From assembly GCA_022565615.1 (NCBI GenBank), contig JAIUMM010000004.1:622-64621 (forward strand): a stretch of DNA of 64,000 nucleotides, given 5' to 3'. This DNA is from Nanobdellota archaeon. Lineage in GTDB: Archaea; Nanobdellota; Nanobdellia; Woesearchaeales; UBA583. This document shows, in pieces, positions 18,378-29,800 of this stretch (its first letter is position 1; each line of letters opens with the position of its first letter). A model generated the notes under the pieces. The model was given only the letters and a program-made list of their open reading frames with translations, ran no database searches and was not told the origin of the DNA. The translations under genes were made by a program, and so were the position numbers.

Positions 18378-19412
18378 TTAATATCTAAGTAATGCAACAA
18401 CTCCTCCCATCCCTTGCACAATTGAACCATGATGAGAATTAGAACTAATAATTGTAATCTCTCCTCCCATTTGTTCTAGTATTTCAATACTTGAAAAATA
18501 GTTTTCCAAAAATTCATTATAAAAAGAAGAAGTAAGTATAATTTCTTTAACAACCCCTTGACTAATTAAATCAACAATATTCTCAACACCATATGCTACT
18601 TTATTATCAGTTGCAAGAGATTTCAAAAATAGTTCAATCTTCTCACTTGCTCTTTGCTCACTTACATCATCAATAATATTCTTATGTTTTAATTCATCAA
18701 CAATTTTAGATACTGTGGAAACCTCACAATCTAAAGTATCAATAACTACACTTTTAAAACTTGGATACTTCTTCTCACACAATACCTTTAATTGATTTTT
18801 ATAAGTACCAACCCCTGCAAATATTACAAAATTATACTCTTGAAATGAAACATCATCTAAACTATTAATCATCTCCTCCAAATTAGTAGTTTGTTTATGA
18901 GTTGAGAAAAATTTCTTAGAACCAAGTCTTGATTTTTCAAACAATACATCAATTGAAAATAAACTCGCTCTTGCAACAATTAACGAATCAACATCACATA
19001 AAATAATTAAAAATTTATTCTTCATAGAATTTAAAGCAGAATGTAATAACTTTTTTAAAAAATTAGGTCTTTGAAATGAAACATTTGACTCTTTAATTTC
19101 AATAGTGTCTCCAATAGAATATTGTAAAGAATGATGTGAACCTTTTGTAGTAAATTCAGTTTCATTTTCAATAGTTCCTTGAATCCTCAATTCTAAATGT
19201 TCAAATTCTACTTTCTTAACTCGTAATTCAACATAAATAACTTTAGTGACTTGCTTAGTTTTATCATCTCCTATTGCAACTTTTCTTGTAGATTTAGAAC
19301 ATACAATATCATCTTTTAAAATATATTTTGAAAGAACCCATATATCATCAAAGTGTTCAATTAAATAGAAATTAGAATTTTCTTGAGCTTTTAGTAACTT
19401 CATTATATACAT
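18378..19412 (-). CDS. pelA: Pelota (aRF1-family mRNA surveillance / ribosome rescue factor)
   Basis: N-terminus MKLLKAQENSNFYLIEHFDDIWVLSKYILKDDIV, central IFAGVGTYKNQL, C-terminus GGEITIISSNSHHGSIVQGMGGVVALLRY, as in archaeal Pelota. The true start may be the Met 3 codons in. Confidence 0.8.
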   Translation of the reverse strand: MYIMKLLKAQENSNFYLIEHFDDIWVLSKYILKDDIVCSKSTRKVAIGDDKTKQVTKVIYVELRVKKVEFEHLELRIQGTIENETEFTTKGSHHSLQYSIGDTIEIKESNVSFQRPNFLKKLLHSALNSMKNKFLIILCDVDSLIVARASLFSIDVLFEKSRLGSKKFFSTHKQTTNLEEMINSLDDVSFQEYNFVIFAGVGTYKNQLKVLCEKKYPSFKSVVIDTLDCEVSTVSKIVDELKHKNIIDDVSEQRASEKIELFLKSLATDNKVAYGVENIVDLISQGVVKEIILTSSFYNEFLENYFSSIEILEQMGGEITIISSNSHHGSIVQGMGGVVALLRY

Positions 19413-19427
19413 ACAATACTTTAATGT

Positions 19428-21455
19428 TTAAAATAGTTTTTGTTTCAAATTTTCAAGAATTCTTCTATAATACATTGCATATGCAATTAATCCTCCAACA
19501 TAAAAAACTGAAATAAATATAAACGAAATTATTGACTGAATTAATATAAATAGTGAAGTATCATGATTTAATGATAAAATATTTAACTCATTAATTTCAA
19601 GAGCATTTAAATCAAAATTAACATACTTATCCACACTTGAAGAATCAATTTTTAACATAATAAAAATTTCATCAAAATCTTTATTTCTAATCAACTCATT
19701 ATAATTAAAAATTATAACTTCAATTTGAGGATCTAAAACACTTTGACTATTAAAAGAATATTTTGTATAAAAATCATTTTGAACATATAATTTAATTCCA
19801 ACTATATCAAAATTATAATTTTCTAATTGTGAAACACTAAAATAAGTACTCTCCAATAATAATTCAGTACTCCTAATATTTCTAAGTGAGAGATTTTGAA
19901 CACCTTGAGTATTAATTAAATCTGAAATTTCCCTATATTGTGCAGAACTTCTATCTAAATCTAAATGATATTCTAAATATGTATTATCTACATTAGAATA
20001 ATATAATGTTGTAATATAACTCTGAGCAAATACTGTTGAATAAAATAAGAAAAAAACTAATATAATTAAATAATATGAAGAAATCCAAAAAGATTTATAT
20101 TTTTCAAATTTTCTAAATAAATTTATCATTACAAATAATAAAAAAAGCAAAATTCCTAAAAATGGTAACATTATTTGAGCAAGAGTAGTATGTTCTAAAT
20201 TTTCAAAAAAAGATTGACTTTTAAATACTACTCCTTGCATATCTTGAGATGTAGAAACTGAAAATTCGATAGGATTATTTAGTGTATTTGAGAATAACAA
20301 AAAAATTTGTAATAATACCATTGTAATTATAAACATAATTACTTTTTTGGACGGAATATGTATTTTTTTTTGAAGACTTAAAAAAAGAATATAAAATGGC
20401 ATAACTAGTAAGATGAAAAATAAAAATATATATGCCAAATACATAATTGATTCAACTCCTAAAAGCAATACACTTACTATCAATGACGAAGTTAACGATT
20501 CATTATTAAATACATTTTCATATTGATTTTGAATTAATGAATTTTCAAATCCAAATAATGGTTTTAAATCATTATCTCCTCCCAAAACATTATATAAACC
20601 ATTATCAATTCCTGTAGCAAATGGGATTAAATATACTCCTAAATCAACAACTAGATGAATTGAAATTAACAATGCAATTGCTATAAAAAATGTTTTTTTA
20701 TCTTGTAAATATAAAATTAATTGTTTGAAAAAATCATTTCCAGTATTAATAATATCTTTTAAAAATAAATCAACTGATAATTTTTTATCATGTTTAAAGA
20801 TATAAACATATAAATAATATCCAACTCCAATAACAATTAATGCTGCATCAACAGCTAAGGCAAACCATTCCATAAAAAATTTAAAAAATGTAAATATGAA
20901 AAAATAATTAAAACCTAAAATTAACGAAAATTTAAAAATTTCACTAAAATATCCATCAGGATTAATATTAAAGCTTCCAATAAAAGACTCTTTATGAATT
21001 GGTTGCTTCATAAATATATATGCACTCATCAATATAATTAAAATAATACCAATATTTGAAAACCACATAGCATAAGATGCGATAAACAATAAAAAATGTT
21101 CATTTATTAAAAAAGAGAATATGTAATATAACTCAAAATCTACATTTCTTACATAAAAATTTAAAATTGAAGGAAATACAATAAGTCCTGAAGCTATTAA
21201 AATACATACATCATACCATTTATTTTTAAATCCTGTTAAAATTTTAGTTATACTTAAACTCGCAAATAAATAGTAAATTAAAGCCCACGACAATAATTTT
21301 TTAAAAAAATCAACATCTCCCGTATATGAACTAATTAATGAAAAAATATTAAAAAAATCTAAAATATTTAAAATAATAAATGAAATTAATAAAAAGTATA
21401 ATCCTACTTTTTTAATATAATTTAAGGCAAAATAATAATTTAAAACTTGATTCAT
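19428..21455 (-). CDS. Polytopic membrane protein (675 aa), function unknown
   Basis: ORF track. More than 12 hydrophobic helices, a roughly 170-aa soluble segment near the C-terminus, then a final TM. No WWDYG (AglB) or other motif recognised. Confidence 0.55.
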   Translation of the reverse strand: MNQVLNYYFALNYIKKVGLYFLLISFIILNILDFFNIFSLISSYTGDVDFFKKLLSWALIYYLFASLSITKILTGFKNKWYDVCILIASGLIVFPSILNFYVRNVDFELYYIFSFLINEHFLLFIASYAMWFSNIGIILIILMSAYIFMKQPIHKESFIGSFNINPDGYFSEIFKFSLILGFNYFFIFTFFKFFMEWFALAVDAALIVIGVGYYLYVYIFKHDKKLSVDLFLKDIINTGNDFFKQLILYLQDKKTFFIAIALLISIHLVVDLGVYLIPFATGIDNGLYNVLGGDNDLKPLFGFENSLIQNQYENVFNNESLTSSLIVSVLLLGVESIMYLAYIFLFFILLVMPFYILFLSLQKKIHIPSKKVIMFIITMVLLQIFLLFSNTLNNPIEFSVSTSQDMQGVVFKSQSFFENLEHTTLAQIMLPFLGILLFLLFVMINLFRKFEKYKSFWISSYYLIILVFFLFYSTVFAQSYITTLYYSNVDNTYLEYHLDLDRSSAQYREISDLINTQGVQNLSLRNIRSTELLLESTYFSVSQLENYNFDIVGIKLYVQNDFYTKYSFNSQSVLDPQIEVIIFNYNELIRNKDFDEIFIMLKIDSSSVDKYVNFDLNALEINELNILSLNHDTSLFILIQSIISFIFISVFYVGGLIAYAMYYRRILENLKQKLF

Positions 21456-21507
21456 TAAAATACAATCAGTATGAACATTTATAAATATTTATTGTCAGTA
21501 TATAAGT

Positions 21508-22362
21508 ATGAAAAATCATCTTAGTGATATTTTACTTGAAAGAGGTCTCTTTTTATTAAATTTTATTTTTGTAATTATGATGATTGTTATCTTTTATTTT
21601 GAATTAAACTTAGAATACTTCTTTTACTCAGTAATTATTATAACATTTGTATTTTCTTACTACTTCTTTAAAAAAAATAAAACTTTCTCAAAAGGAATTA
21701 TACTTACTAATCTTTTTGTATATTTTTACTTCTTATATCCATATATTGCTGAATTTATATCTCAAGCAATCCCTCAAATTAGTACATATGCTTTAATACT
21801 TTATACATTATTTTTAGCATAAATATTTTTAGAATTTTTAGGAAAAAAAGATGAAGTAATTAATTCAGTTACTAATTCTAAATTAAAACACATAATTTTA
21901 TTAATTCCTTTTAGTATACTAGGAGGACTTATTTTTTTCATAATAGGTGAGCCCATTCCTAAAGAATCTTTTTTTATAAGTACATCATTTTTAAGTATAA
22001 TTTTTTCAATGTTTATCTTAGCTTTATTAATAGGAATTAGTGAACAATTATTATTTACAGGATTTGTATACAATACATACAAAACTATGACTACTGAACT
22101 TGATGCTCAAATTCAAACTTCAATTTTATTTGTAGCATTTCATATGATTAGAATACAAGTACTCATCGAGAGTTTTGTGACATTTTATTTTGAACTTGCT
22201 TATGTGTATCTAATATTATATTTTTTAGCATTATTTATATTTATGAATATTAGTATTATGCTATTTAGAGGATATAAAAATGTAAAAGGAAGTTTATTAT
22301 ATTCTATATTATTTCATACATTTGTAGATTTTTCATTAATATTATTTGTCCTATTTATTTAA
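21508..22362 (+). pseudogene. CPBP-family (CAAX/Abi) intramembrane protease interrupted by one in-frame TAA (21820-21822)
   Basis: Track ORFs 21508-21822 and 22009-22362 are in the same frame. My translation of 21823-22008 (IFLEFLGKKDEVINSVTNSKLKHIILLIPFSILGGLIFFIIGEPIPKESFFISTSFLSIIFS) has no stop and no ATG. Downstream part carries the CPBP motifs SEQLLFTGF (EExxFRG-like), FVAFHM and FHTFVDF. Confidence 0.55.
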
Positions 22363-22465
22363 TTTATAATTTGCTCTAATTAGATTAATGAAATTTAAAA
22401 ATATTTGCTTCTTTAAAATGGAAAAAAGTATTTATAAACAAATTCTATCTAAAGTAATATAAGTT

Positions 22466-23797
22466 ATGGTAGAAAATAATTCTCTTGAAAAAAATAAATC
22501 TTCTAATTTAGTTGAAAAAGAAAGTCAAACTACTAATGATATAGGTGAGACTGAATCTCAAGAAAAAACTTCTCTAGTTAAAAATGATAGTACTAATTCT
22601 TCTCAAGAAGAAAAAAAAATAGATGAAAACACAGATAAAGAATCAGATAATAACGTTAGTGATAAAACCACTAAAGTAGAAGAAGAAGTTGACCCTCACG
22701 AAGAGTCATTTTCTCATGAAGAAATGCAAGCACTTGAAGAACAAGAGAAAGGATTTTTTTCAAAAATAGCATCTAAATTTTCAAAAAAAGAAGATAATAA
22801 AGATGAAGATGATAATAAAGATTCATTTGAAATACTCAATCAAAAAGAAATAAGTAGAGCAATTTCAAAATTACAAAATCAAAATCAAAATCAATCCATT
22901 GAATTTGATAAAATTGTAGGTAAATTTGAAGTTTTGAATCAAAAAGAAAGTGAAATTAGTGAACACTTGCAAGAGTCAAATGAAAAAATTGGAGAACTTA
23001 GAAGTACGGTTTTAGGAAGAGAGAGAATGTTTAATAAACTTGAAGATGATTTCAATTCTGTTAAATATATAGTAAATACATTTAAACCTGAAAATATTGA
23101 TAAAAGATTTGATGAATTAAATAAACAATTTGCAAAACTAAGTAGTGGAGTTGAAAGAACTGATACTAAAACTAAGCAAATGGAAGATAAACTTGCAAAA
23201 TATTCAGTTTTAATGGAAAAAATTAAAAATTATGAGAGTTTATTATTTCAATTAGATAAAATTAAATCGACTGAAAAACATATCTCTGATATGAAACTCA
23301 CTATTGAAAAATATATGTCAAAAATTGAAATTATGTCTTTAAACATTAGTGATAGTACTTCTATGATTAAATCAACAAATCAATTAGCATATGACAATCA
23401 AGAAAGTATTAAAGATTTAATTAAATCTCTCTCAAAGCTTGAAGCTAAAAGTGATATTTTAGTAAAACAAGAAAATTTTAATTTTTTAAAAGAAGATGTT
23501 GAAGTGATTAAAAAAGTATTATTTGACTCAGAATTCAAAAAAGCAAAAAAACTAGTTACTAATGAAGTATATTTACAAAATTCTAACTCTCAATTAAATG
23601 AAGAAAGTTCTAGAGATTCTAATCAAAATAAAAATATTAATACTAATCTAAATAATGATAAAACTAAAAAAGTAATTGAATATATTACCTCACATAAAGA
23701 AGAATTCTCAAAAGAACAAATTAAAAAAAGTTTACTAAAGGCAAATATTGATGAGGAATTAATTGATACTTGCTTTAAAGAAGTATTCTCTAAATAA
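22466..23797 (+). CDS. Acidic, coiled-coil-rich hypothetical protein (443 aa)
   Basis: ORF track. E/D/K/S/N-rich N-terminal third, then long heptad-like stretches. No enzymatic motif. Confidence 0.55.
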   Translation: MVENNSLEKNKSSNLVEKESQTTNDIGETESQEKTSLVKNDSTNSSQEEKKIDENTDKESDNNVSDKTTKVEEEVDPHEESFSHEEMQALEEQEKGFFSKIASKFSKKEDNKDEDDNKDSFEILNQKEISRAISKLQNQNQNQSIEFDKIVGKFEVLNQKESEISEHLQESNEKIGELRSTVLGRERMFNKLEDDFNSVKYIVNTFKPENIDKRFDELNKQFAKLSSGVERTDTKTKQMEDKLAKYSVLMEKIKNYESLLFQLDKIKSTEKHISDMKLTIEKYMSKIEIMSLNISDSTSMIKSTNQLAYDNQESIKDLIKSLSKLEAKSDILVKQENFNFLKEDVEVIKKVLFDSEFKKAKKLVTNEVYLQNSNSQLNEESSRDSNQNKNINTNLNNDKTKKVIEYITSHKEEFSKEQIKKSLLKANIDEELIDTCFKEVFSK

Positions 23798-23841
23798 AAA
23801 ATTTAATACTTTTAACTACAAATTAATTTTTAGTGTAATTT

Positions 23842-26800
23842 CTATTCTTTTTTTCCTAATTTTTCTAAAACTGAATCTTTAATTGAGTTTAAAGATTTTG
23901 AAATTTTATAAGAATAAGATGAGTCTAGTAAATGTTGAGTCATTTTTTCAACTTCTTCAATTTTTTCAAGTAAGTATACTTTTTCAAAATTTTTAGTTTC
24001 ACTAATTTGATCAACTCTTCTTTTAACTCTTTTAATTAATTCTTCTGCTTCATCTAATTTTAAATCTTTATTTAATTGTTTAATTTTATTTATTTGTATA
24101 AATACATCTAACTCTAAATTTTTATTTTCATCTTCTTCATCATTCTCTTTTGGTACTGAATTTGGAACTGTACTTACAGTAGAATTAGAAGATTGTGATG
24201 AATTATTTAACTCAGGATTAGATTTTATTTTATTATGCTTTGAATAATTATTTATCTCTTGCTTAGTATCGCGAAGAGGAGTTGATATTTTTTTAGAACT
24301 ATTATTTTTAGAATAATTTTTAAAAAATACTTGTAATTCACTCATTTTAGTAAATATAAAACTTGCCTGTTTCAACTCCGACCTATTTAAATTTAAAAAA
24401 TGATAGTTTTTATTATAAAAAACAACTAATGAATTAAATTCTTCTTCTCCTTGGGATAAATCTTTTTTTGAAATTAATTGTTCAATTCTTACAATTCTTA
24501 AATTAATACTATTCATAATTCCTCTAGTTTCATTACTGCTTAAAATATTTGAATTTGAAATAAACTTATCTCTTTTTTTTTCAAGATAATTTTTAAATAA
24601 ATAAATATATATCTGATCTCTTTTTATAATAATCATAGTTCCTAAATAAGTTGAACTTAATATGAAAAGAATTAAAAATACAATTAAGAATATATATTTT
24701 AAAACTAATGAACTAATTAGTATTGAAATTAATAATAAAATATTATCTAATTTAGAAAATCTATTTTCATAATTATTATTTATAAAATCTAAATGACTCA
24801 TATCAAATGTTATTAAATATAAATTACTAAACTCTTCTTCTAGAATATTATCTAAAAGAGTATTTTTCTCTAATTCATTTAAATTTTGAATATCTATATT
24901 TCTTGTTTGTAAAATATGATTTTTCTCTAATTCATATCTTAAATAAATTTGTGAATTAGCATCAATAAGTTTACTATATAAAAAAGACATATTAACTAAT
25001 TTTAAATGTTCCACATTAAATTCATTTTCTAAAAAAGTAATCTCGTCATATAAATTCAATATATTTTCTTTAATATAAATATCTTGAATTTTAAACTCAC
25101 AACTATTTGAAATTTGAACATCTACAATTAAAGAGTTTTTTTGAGATTTATTTTCAAAAATATATCTCTCAACATCTATACAAGTGTTAATTAATGAAAT
25201 TAAATAATTCTCATCTAATTTTAAAATTGATTTTGAATTTAAATAATTAAAAAGTTCTACAGTTGTATTATCCCTAATATTGCTATTATTCTCATTAGCA
25301 TTATTATTTCTTGTTTGATTATCAATTAAAAAATCAGAAATTAAATACAAAGGTTCATATGAAAAATATCTCAATAAGATTAAATCATCACCTTCATCAA
25401 TATCTGAAATATTCTCTTGATTTGAACTATTATCTTCTAAAATTGGAAGTTCAAAATCAACTGTACTACTTCCTCCACCACCTCCTCCTCCACCTGAGTT
25501 AGATGAAGGAGGAGTTATTCTTGAAAATATGAAACTATCTTCTCCAATAAATGATAAATTTGAAAATTGATAATTAATTGATACTGGGACTTCATTAACA
25601 CTTTGAAGAAGTGTAATTTCTTTACTAATAATTACAGAAGAAGATGCATTTATTGAATCAATTAATACTGAAGTTGAATTTATTATACTTCCTGAAAAAT
25701 TTCTAATTTCATATAATGAGTTTGATGAAATATTAAATAATTCCAAAGTTGAATCATTAGATTCATACTCTAACTCAATTCTTAGAGTAAAATTAGTTTT
25801 TAAATCTAAAAAATTTGAATTTACTCTACAAAAAATTCCAATTCCACAAGAGATAATTTCATTTGTAATATCTCTTTGATTATCAATTATAAATGACGTA
25901 CTTGTATTAGTTAGAGATGAGCTATTTATATAAAAATAAAGCTCTTGTGAAATATTTTCAAATTCAAAAAATAAATCAACAAATGAATAAGGGCTCGTAT
26001 TATTAACTTCAAGAACAATACTCTCATTTCCAAATTGAATCATATTATTAAAAGAATTTTGAGAAATATTTTGAGTTGAATTTGATACTGAAATAGCAAT
26101 TGATTCATTAAAATATGTTGAGGTAAATGGTGGTAGAATATTAGACATATTTAAAGTTTGATTATTAAATAATGATTCTAGTGAAATATTAAAAAATGTA
26201 AATGGAGTTGGATTTATTATTTCATAGAATACTCTTGTTGGTGATTCTAAAAGTCCTGAAGTATTTGTGAAATTAAATTCTAATATATTTGTATCAATAG
26301 AAATTGTGATTGTTTCTGAGAAATTTAATCCCGTAGGAGATGTGAAAAAAAGTTCTAATTCACTTAAATTAGAGAGAGGAATAAAAGTAAGATTCAATTT
26401 TTGAGAATAATTATTTAATATAGAAGAATTAGAATTGTTATTTTCATTAATTAAACTTAAATTAGAAACTGTAAAATTTGCAATAGTAATAAAATTTGAA
26501 GAAATATTATATATATCAATTACTTGAGAAATATTTGAATAATTTGAGTTTAAAAAAACAGATATATTTTCTAAACTAACTAATTTATCATTAATAATTT
26601 CTACTTCAATTATTGAGAGTTGAAATAAATTGAATGATGAATCATATTCATATGAAGAATTTAATGAATTCATTAGCGTAAGTATTGATATATTAAAGTT
26701 ATTAAAACCCTCAAATTCAGTTACTAATGAAATATTTGAAAATTGCTCCATATCATCTTCAAAAGATAAATTTAAAGATATTAATTCAAATGAATTTGAA

Positions 26801-29800
26801 TTTAAGAATGGAAGACTAATCTCTGATGATAATGAACCTAATTGAGCTTCCTGAGTTGAATTTGTTATAGAAAAATTTACATTAGAAAAATTTAAAATTA
26901 AATTTTCAAGAGGAAAATCATAAAAATTTGTTAAATTAATAAAAAATTCATTATTAACCTGAGAAACATATAAATTTTTTAGTGTTAAGTTGGTAACTTC
27001 TCCTAAATTACTAACATTATAATTTAAAGTTCCTAAAAAATTTGAAACTCCACATCGTAATTCATTTCTTCCTCCATATGTTAAATTTAAGGTATAATTG
27101 AATTCAATTGTAGAATTAAAATCTAAATATATAATTGGATTTACTAAATTCCCATTCATTAATGTTTGCTCTGTTAATAAAACTGCTGATGAATTTTCTA
27201 ATGCTTCATTACCAATATTTTGAATTCTACATGATACTTCCATCAAGTCATTGAAGTTTAAAGTTGAATTTTGAATTAAAATAGTTATATTTAATTCAGG
27301 GGCTTTTAAATTAACATAATTAACTAAAGCATATGTATAAGAATTAATTAATTGTGCTTGTTGATTTGGAAACTCACATCTGTTCCTATCACTTACTGAA
27401 GAAGGAGCATTAGGGTCACAGTAATTTTGAGGTGATAAAGGTCTTGCATTTAATAAATTATTACCTAAATCAAAAATAAACTCTTCTTGATAAAACTGGT
27501 AACTCTTCCAAATTAAATTTTTAAATGTATAAAATTCTTCAATAGAACAATTAAAATCTAAACACAGTTGAGAATTATTTTCTATAAAAATCAAAATTTC
27601 ATCTCTTTGTGAAGTATCTAATAATTCAAAGTAATATAACCATGACAAATATTTGTTAGAGGAATTATCAAAATTATTAGACTCAGTAATTAAATCCTGA
27701 ACCCAATTTTTATATATATCATTTCCTGTAATTGAATATAAATTCGAATACGCTTTAATTGATTTATAAACTCCTTCTTCACCACAATTAAAATTATTAG
27801 ATAAAAAATTACATTCCTCCCAAACTGGATTGTTTGCAAATTTAAGAGCGTAATTTAAATGTGTGCTATTTTGAGTTACTCTAAATGAATTTACGTATCC
27901 ATCAATTAAAGAAGTTGCTCTAACTACTGCTGGCTTTCCAAGAGGATTTGTAATAAATGCAGTATTTACAGCCTCACAATTAAAATCATCACTAAATGGG
28001 TCACAAGTTGAATCATCACCTTGAGGGTCAATTTGAGTGGATGTCAAATTTCGTATAGCATTAAAAATAGTTAAATCATCATCAATTCTTGAATAATACA
28101 ATGATAGAGCAGAAATGTACTGGGCTTGCATATATTCAAACCTACAACTAGCTGAAAAATTAAAATCAAATGGATTACAAAAAAAAAGAGGATTTGAAAT
28201 CACTATATCTTCTGTTTTCTCCTCTAATTGAATAAATTCAGTTGGATTTGAGATAATATAATTTATTTGAGTAGGTTGTCTTATAACATCATTAATTTGA
28301 AAATAAAATTCATAAAAAGAAGAAGCATTTATTAATGAATTATTTAATATAATATTGTTTGATGAAGAATTGATATGAAATTCAATAAATGGTTCAAGTA
28401 ATTCTTGAGAATCTCTAAAATATAGTGTCGCATTATCAACATAAGAATGCTTTTTAAAAGAAATATTCAAATCACCATTATTTAAAAAAAAAGTTTCAAT
28501 ATCATAAAAATAGGTATTAGAATTAAAAAAATTATTTTTCAATAAATCGAATGAATTAAGTAAATTATATTGTAATTGTGAATTTATACATATAGATGAA
28601 TTTGAGTCAGAAGCGTCAGAACAATCTAAAACAACATTTGGATTTGATAGTACATTTAAACCCCATCTTTTTATAGAGTACCATTCATAACTATACTCTT
28701 CATAATGAATAAATAATTTAGATGAACTCTTAACTACAAAATTAAAATCTTCTACATTACAAGAACTCTCACAAATATTATTATTTAATTGGTATGAAGT
28801 ATAAGCTCTATTTAAATAAGACTCATTTTGCGTTAATTCGAATAATCGTGTTAGTGGATAAATCATATCGATACTGGAATCATAAGATGCAATATTTCCA
28901 AAATTAATTGCTCTATTTAAATAAGTATCATTCCCACTTCCTAAATATGCATCAATATACCCATTAATCATAGCACTTTGCCCTTTAGGATATGAACAAT
29001 TAAAACTTAAATTAATGAAGTTACAATCTCCATTTAATGGATTTGAATTAGAAAAGTTTATTGCATAATCTTTTAAAATTTCAATTTGTGTAAATTTATA
29101 AGATTTCCATAACGCAGATATAACTTCTCCTTGAATTTGAGCTGCAGAATAAAAATCATGAGTTGGTTGATAATTTCTTGAACTACAATTAAAATTACTC
29201 TCACTACAGCTTCCATCTGTTGACCATGAAGCATTAATTAAAGATTCTATAAAAATCATTGATTGTGAAGAATTATAATAATGATAATTATATGATTGTT
29301 TTAAGATTTCACTAACATGAAACAAAATAAATTCTGAATTAAAAGAAGAATTATTAGGTTTTGCAAATTGTGGATCCAGAGAATCATTAGATATTAAATT
29401 AATTATGTTTTCTTCAAATTCATCATAATTATTGTTAATATATTTATAAATAAATCCTTCTTCACTTGGAAACCTATTTAAGTTCTCATCTATAATATAA
29501 AATTTATACACTCCTTGATATTGAACAAATTGAGAAGGTATTACAAACTCACCTTGAGAATTAATTGAAAATGAATAATTAATGTTTTGATTATTATAAT
29601 TCATTATTAATTCTGGATTTAAAAAAGTTGGAGTTTCAATATTTACTCTACCTGTAATTTGTGAATCAATTTCTAATGAATTAAACTCAAGAGCTGAATA
29701 CCCACTAGTTGTTGAAAATATATTAATTAATGATATAAATAAAAATAGAATTAAAGTTAAAATTAATATTAAGACTCTTATTAAGACTCTACTTTTTTTT

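Noticed and set aside
19428-21455. 675-aa polytopic membrane protein as the oligosaccharyltransferase AglB, which would be attractive given the sequon-dense neighbour.
   Set aside because: There is no WWDYG motif or DxD loops in the expected arrangement, and the C-terminal soluble domain is too short.
21820-21822. Possibility that TAA is reassigned as a sense codon (in-frame TAA in the CPBP gene plus NIKD in aRF1).
   Set aside because: TAA ends atpB, gatB, dps and aRF1; TAG ends sod; TGA ends udg. The stop falls where the family pattern ends in atpB, gatB and sod (not checked for dps, aRF1 and udg), and the standard-code ORF track gives full-length conserved proteins. A single event fits a pseudogene or an error better.
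25471-25494. Gly8 run as a slipped-strand phase-variation tract.
   Set aside because: It is encoded by mixed GGA/GGT codons, not a homopolymer or perfect short tandem repeat. Slippage is unlikely, and a flexible hinge is more probable.
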